A stretch of DNA of 64,000 nucleotides. Source: Fistulifera solaris (taxonomy: Eukaryota). The translations under genes were made by a program, and so were the position numbers. Location of the stretch: contig AP026162.1 in NCBI GenBank assembly GCA_030295235.1, positions 1,426,001-1,490,000 of the forward strand, in the 5' to 3' direction. Positions 58,411-64,000 of this stretch are shown in pieces (position 1 is the stretch's first letter; the number at the start of each line of letters is the position of its first letter). The notes below the pieces were generated by a model. The model did no database searches, had not been told where the DNA came from, and worked only from the letters and a program-made list of their open reading frames with translations.

Positions 58411-59021
58411 ACTGAATGATGTAAGCGCTTTATGACGAAAACAGCCATACTCGCCAGCATCACAGCAATTTGACTCCTAATACAGAGCGCGGTCTCTCGC
58501 TTCGCGCCGTTTCGCGACAAGAGGCGACTGTCACACACAACAGCGACCTGGAATTGAAACGAGAAGGACAATAATCATTACAATAACGACAAAGGGATGC
58601 GAAACTTGCAATAACAACGAGTACATGTACGACATCTCGCAACGGAAACGCGAAAGAAAAGGCATACCTGGAGATTCCTGGCGACTGCGACAAAACCATT
58701 GCTTTAGAATCAAGTGTGCACTTAAATAACTGCAAGAAAAACGAAAGAGGCTACAATAATGATACAACCGGATCACCTTTTGCGCTTTTCCTCTCAAACA
58801 AGAGGAAACTAAGTTGTATAAAACAGAGCGGGCTGTATATTTTGGGCATACTAACAGTTTATGCTATACTATCCTAGTCGTGTATAAAACATTATACCCG
58901 TATTATCGCATTGTACCGCAGCAGCCCGTCGCCGCTTCGCTTCCGCGGTACAGCGCGCGGTACCCAGGTACGCAGTAGATTTGCCGCACTTTTTTCTCTT
59001 GAAACAAGGTCTTGCAACACA

Positions 59022-62000
59022 ATGATAAAATCTATCAAAACAAACAAAACTTTCGCGAGCTTCGTGCTCTTTACTTGCATCATTACGTCTCCTGTCGGCC
59101 GGATTGGCTCTTTCTTCGCTCCGGCGGAGATTCAGTTTGCTCTGGAGATTGTAAGTTTGCTGCGCAACAGCGCAAGTGTTCAGTCGCTTTCGGAGTCGGT
59201 GTGTGTTTTCTCCTGCGTCTGTTTGCTTGTTCTGTCGCTCTTGTCGGTTCTTCGCATCATTCTTGTGCCTGCTTGCGTTGCAGGGCTTGTGTTGATGCGT
59301 TTCTGCGCTCGGACCGTCGCAGAAATTGCTCTTCTGGCGCTGAAGAGTTTGTGCTCGACCATGTGGGCGTTGTTTGGTCGTCGTGCGGCTGTTTGCTTCG
59401 TTCTTTTCAGCGCAAACGGCTGTTTGTATCGTGAAGATGTTCTCTTGCAAAAGAACACGGAGTTTCCAGTTCGTTTGGAGACTCTACGTCTCACGATGTT
59501 TCGTCCTGTAGCTCCGGTACGTGAGGCTACGGGGAAACAATTTGTTTTGAAGCGAAACCACCGTGTCATTTTTCAGGTGTCTTTCGTCTTGGTCCTCTTT
59601 CTTATGTTGATTGGAGTTGTTGCGGCTTGTGGAGATGCCAGATGGATCGGTACTTCCGCAGTTGGCTTGTATTTGTTGTTTGCTGAGCTTGGTCGGTCGT
59701 CCGCAGCAACAGCCATTCAGAATTATTTGCGATTGGGCGACTTCGAGACGTCCAGCTCTTTTGCTCTCGATCCCATTCGCCGTGTGTGTGAATTTTCAAA
59801 CAAGCGTGTTGTTTGGAACGCACATTTCCGATGCTTGTTGAAGGAAAGTGGTCTTCTTCGCGTTCATTTTCTTCCCGATGATGATTTGCTGTCGTTTTGT
59901 TTCATCGAACGGATTGGGCAACTAAATGCTCGTGAATACCTCACTGATCCTCGTCATTGTCGTCGTCGCATTGGGGCGATGCCTTTTGCTCCAATAAAGA
60001 CGAAACCGGCTGCTGAGTCTTCTATGAGTTCCGCGTCGACAGTTCTTGCTTCGGTCAGAGTGAAATTGTTTGAGGAGACGATCGATACGGACGATGCTGT
60101 GCCAATGGACTGGTCACCGACGCCTCCCACTCCTGTGAATGCGAAGCGGTTTGCCGAGGAAGCTGTACCGATTGAATGGTCCCCCACAATGAAGCGTCGG
60201 GTATTTGCAGAAGAGTCTCCTGTCGGCCGGATTGGCTGTTTCTTCGCTCCGGCGAAGATTCAGTTTGCTCTGGAGATTGTGAGTATGCTGCGCAACAGCG
60301 CAAGTGTTCAGTCGCTTTCGGAGTCGGTGTGTGTTTTCTCCTGCGTCCGTTTGCTTGTTCTGTCGCTCTTGTCGGTTCTGCGCGTCATTCTTGTGCCTGC
60401 TTGCGTTGCAGGGCTTGTGTTGATGCGTTTCTACGCTCGGACCGTCGCAGAAATTGCTCTTCTGGCGCTGAAGAGTTTGTGCTCGACCATGTGGGCGTTG
60501 TTTGGTCGTCGTGCGGCTGTTTGCTTCGTTCTTTTCAGCGCAAACGGCTGTTTGTATCGTGAAGATGTTCTCTTGCAAAAGAACACGGAGTTTCCAGTTC
60601 GTTTGGAGACTCTACGTCTCACGATGTTTCGTCCTGTAGCTCCGGTACGTGAGGCTACGGGGAAACAATTTGTTTTGAAGCGAAACCACCGTGTCATTTT
60701 TCAGGTGTCTTTCGTCTTGGTCCTCTTTCTTATGTTGATTGGAGTTGTTGCGGCTTGTGGAGATGCCAGATGGATCGGTACTTCCGCAGTTGGCTTGTAT
60801 TTGTTGTTTGCTGAGCTTGGTCGGTCCTCCGCAGCGACAAAGTTGACGCATCATTCCGTGCGATTGCGGAATCTCGAGGCATCCAGCTCTATTGATTTCG
60901 ACCGCATTCGTCTTTTGCGTAAGTTTCGCTGTCGCTCCATGCCAAGCATACAACAATCTGCTTCAAAGCAAGAAGTCCATTCATTTGAGAATCGGGTCTG
61001 TGGTCACCGTCGTCGAGTTCGTTTTGCACCTGGAGGCCAGCTGTGTTCGTTCGTCCTTATCAAGCCATATTACGAGATGAGCGCGGAAGAGCTGGCAAAT
61101 TGCTACGATGGCCGCTTCATGTCGAAGGAGTTCACTGACATGAAAAGACAGGAAGTTAAGTGGGAGCGCCAGTTTGAAGTGTTTCCAAGTGACGACGAAT
61201 CCACGTTTTGCGAACACACGTACTGGAAGTTTGTAAAGCACATTCCGGCCTTTTCAGAGGAGGTGTTTTTCGTGGATGAGAAGGAGAGAGATGCCATCCG
61301 GCTCATTGGACGGCATTTTCAAGGGACCTTCTTCCTTACTTGCGAAAATTTGGACACATTCCTCCCGGATTTGGCTCGTGGGAATCATACGAGCGGCACT
61401 TGGTATGGTACAACAAGTTTTATCAAAAGTGTATTACGTGGTACGACTATCACTTTTGCGGTTTTCCGGTTGAGCCACTGCAACTGCAACTGCCTCAGGA
61501 TGAGGAGGATGAGGAAGCAAGTCTTGACAGTGCTGATGTTTACGCTAACGCTGCCGGTGACGGATACGGCTACGGTGACAGTGTTGACAATCAACCTGAC
61601 AGCTTCTTGGAAACAGAAGCAATGCATGAGCATCACGTTTCCGTTGCAATTGGGGTAATACGTTCTGATCCAGTGAAGACAGCACCGGCTGCTGAGTCCC
61701 CCATGCGTTTCAAAAAATCGACAGTTCTTGCTTCTGTCGAGAAGGATCCTATGACTGAAATGGAGTTAGATGGAGAGATGGCGAGTTCGGACGACCCTGT
61801 TGACGTGGAGGTGGATGCTATGCCGAGTTTGAATGATGCGATTGACATGGAGGTGGATGCAATTGCGTGTTTAAATAAAGTGGCTGAACCCGAGGTGGAT
61901 GCGATAGCGGGGTCGAGTGTTGAGATTCCGGTGGACATGGGGTTGGATGCAATGCCAAGTTTTGATGATGCGATTGACACGGAGGCGGATGCAATGGCGT

Positions 62001-62285
62001 CTTCAATCAAAGAGGCTGAACCGGAGGTGGATGCGATAGCGGGGTCGAGTGTTGAGATTCCGGTTGGTATAGAGTCAGCTGTGATGCCAACTTTGGATGA
62101 TCTGGTTGATATGAAGGAGGATGCGATGCCGAGTTGGGATCATGCGATGTCAAAGAAAAAGAAAAAGTTCTGTTTCTTGCCTCCGCACCCGTCCTTACCT
62201 GGAGCGGAAGTGCAAGGTTGTTGTTTGCTCGCGCATGCGCCCGTACTTGCATCGGCAGTGCAAAAGAATGTTCGAGTTTTGGTAG
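59022..62285 (+). CDS. Large orphan multi-TM protein built from internal duplications, with acidic repeats; two probable frameshifts
   Basis: A 915-aa ORF (first ATG 59022) is followed by an overlapping 317-aa ORF, with a frame change near the T-run at about 61316. A C-terminal RxRPYLxRxCK repeat lies in the original frame and ends at TAG 62283-62285. Confidence 0.55.
59087..60838 (+). repeat. Near-identical internal duplication of about 620 bp (59087-59710 vs 60215-60838)
   Basis: Offset 1128 bp (in frame). The peptide SPVGRIG...AELGRSSAAT is repeated with only a few substitutions. Confidence 0.95.
61795..62135 (+). repeat. Coding higher-order repeat: about 42-45 bp xExDAM/I units with a 129-bp super-period
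   Basis: AEPEVDAIAGSSVEIPV occurs twice, 43 aa apart, and DMEVDA/DAMPS units are repeated about 8 times. Confidence 0.85.
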
Positions 62286-62476
62286 TTCAATAAATTGATT
62301 TATTGATCTTGGTGCCAGAAAAGCGGAGGATGAGAGAATGTCATGAGGAGGTGCTGGCATCCCGGTTGCGTTGAACTCGACGATAGAATAACTGGCAGGG
62401 ACCGTGACAAGGTACGATCACTCTTGAATCCAAAATCTTTTCTGTGTTTTTCTTTCAAAACCCAATCAATTGGCCA

Positions 62477-62880
62477 GGCGTGGCGAGCCAACTCTCGCGT
62501 TGCGATGAAGGTAGGGCCCCATTCTCTCGTTAAGACGCCAGATGCGTCGTCTGCGAGTGTGATTTATGTGTTGAATCACTCGTAGTTCGGTGACTTGGTG
62601 CAGTGAGACTCAAAATGGTGTTCTTTCTTCTAGCTCCGCGTGCAAGAGTTGAGCTCCTTTTGATTTTGGGATCTAGGCGAGGGCAAGCCAACTCTCCCAC
62701 TGCGATGAAGTTAGGACCCCATATCTCTCGTTAAGACGCCAGATGTGCCGTCTGCGGGTGCGACTCATGTGTTGAATCACCCGTAGCTCGGTATCTTGGT
62801 GCAGTGAGACTCAAATTGGTGGTCTTTCTTCATGCTCCTCGTGTAAAGAGTTGGGCTCCTTTTGGTTTCGGGACCGGCGT
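62477..62880. repeat. Tandem duplication of about 200 bp
   Basis: AGCCAACTCTC...TCTCTCGTTAAGACGCCAGATG...CTTGGTGCAGTGAGACTCAAA...GCTCCTTTTG occurs at about 62477-62675 and again at 62676-62880. Confidence 0.92.
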
Positions 62881-63261
62881 TCTATCTATTTTGTCTAAAA
62901 AATGAGAAGTAGTAGACTGGATTTTTTATTAAAATCTTTCTAGTTTTGTAGTTTGCTCTATGTTTGATCCTGGTATACACAGATCGCAGCGTTGGTGACT
63001 ATCGAGTCTTCCGATTGATCGAATACAATTCACGTCGAACCCGGTAATCCCTGATTCGGGAGCACTGGCAATCGACCCTGCTCGACTTGATTTCCACTCA
63101 ATAATTATGCTTTCTTCTTTTCCGAAAAGTTAGTCACCAATAGATCATCTTCGGAGAACTATGTCAGCACTTGCTCATTGCAGGTAGCCATAGGGATTAA
63201 ATACAGTATGCCCGTATTCAAGTTACGACCAAGCGCAAGCATAATACGTCCATGATCTCTC

Positions 63262-63329
63262 CCATTTCGTACTGACGCGGGAGCGTTTGGACTTATTCTC
63301 GATTCCCGTTCATATCTCTTTTTTTCGTC
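63262..63329. repeat. Right copy of the 70-bp direct repeat
   Basis: Matches 58342-58410. Confidence 0.9.
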
Positions 63330-63503
63330 TTTTGATGTTTTATTACAGCTCATATCATGGACAAGCTGTCTAGAGAAGGTGCAGTGACTAGATTTGCACG
63401 CCGCAACCCTCTTCTCGAGAACAAGTACCAAGCGCGCTATATCTTTACATTGTTACGAAGCTGTCATGCAACCTTGGTGAACATGTACACTTTCTTTTTT
63501 CAA

Positions 63504-64000
63504 TCACAGTCTTGATTCGAGCGCCTTTTCTTCGTCGGCTATCTTTACCCCAGTGGATCGATTGTACTCCACCTTATCCGTAGAATAGCCGCAAGGAATG
63601 AATATCCCCCAACAGACCCTCTTTAGCCGCAAGCTCACATACCTGCCGTTGGAAAGATAGGTTGGTCGAAAATCCCACGTTTCGACTTGATATGCCTCAC
63701 AACATCTAGTACAGGAGTCCTTTCCAACATGATCATAGCAGCTGCTACAATGATCATAGCAGCTGCTACAATCAGAACAAAACGATTTTGTCCTCCGAGG
63801 CAATGAAGTAGAATTGTCCCACCACTTTCTTTGGCTTCCTGTAGGAAGTTCCTGCATTCTTCTCGGTGCAAACCAAGCATATCGTAATGTTCTTCGTCGA
63901 CGCCCTTGAGATAGAAATGTTGAATGATTTCACTGGCCAGTATCCTGGAATCGACTGTAGCTTTTCGTCCAGCATGTAATTTTTAGTCACGACGTGTGTA
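63504..64000 (-). pseudogene. Dual-specificity phosphatase, disrupted (5' part outside the window or decayed)
   Basis: GVDEEHYDML...FLQEAKESGGTILLHCLGGQNRF (CX5R intact, following Ser changed to Phe). A perfect 21-bp tandem duplication lies at 63729-63770 (IVAAAMI x2). The tail TNLSFQRQVCELAAKEGLLG is frameshifted. Confidence 0.72.

Noticed and set aside
57900..58460. Possible SET-domain or HMG-box relics on the minus strand (SIIAGTGITAK; KRYERE)
   Set aside because: The matches are too short and interrupted by stops to support a call.
58460..58797. Short hydrophobic minus-strand ORFs as a divergent paralogue of the orphan gene
   Set aside because: Only compositional similarity; no convincing alignment by eye.
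58342..63329. LTR retrotransposon or DNA transposon
   Set aside because: The direct repeats are only about 70 bp without TG..CA ends, and no gag, RT, integrase, transposase or Rep/helicase motifs are recognisable inside.
1..64000. tRNA, rRNA or snRNA genes
   Set aside because: No cloverleaf or conserved rRNA/snRNA sequence was recognised by eye; tRNAscan-SE or Infernal would be needed to exclude them.

Overview
This is a gene-dense eukaryotic nuclear window, most likely from a diatom. The evidence is short (about 60-90 nt) GT-AG introns and a Ycf48/HCF136 gene with a signal peptide plus a GAFAP plastid-import motif; placement among pennates is inference. Positions 1-56.5 kb carry about 35 mostly housekeeping genes: RagC/Gtr2, Ycf48, riboflavin kinase, BET1, cyclophilin, PPR, truncated globin, SpoU, CMC1, WDR82, RPB11, SPX, DHHC, UFD1-UBX, TLDc, DPH5, ANTH, AK6, NAA15, UAP1, PPCDC and others. 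Many are broken by single-base indels at homopolymer runs, which look like sequencing errors. From about 56.9 kb the character changes to decayed gene fragments (bromodomain, dual-specificity phosphatase) and a large orphan gene built from repeats, bracketed by 70-bp direct repeats. The most striking unexplained signal is an intergenic element family: an ACTRT..AAAGTG box about 33 bp upstream of a CAYGACTG-N5-CAGTCATG palindrome. It occurs 9 times at 6 loci spaced about 7-13 kb apart, often as dimers with a 215-236 bp period. A second family with a similar N5 palindrome occurs at 10.9-11.4 kb. Notable proteins are an ANTH domain behind a signal peptide, an L7Ae-L7Ae-zfC3H1-LRR protein, a DHLC-variant palmitoyltransferase and a globin with an atypical distal pocket. 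All assignments come from reading motifs by eye; no searches were run.
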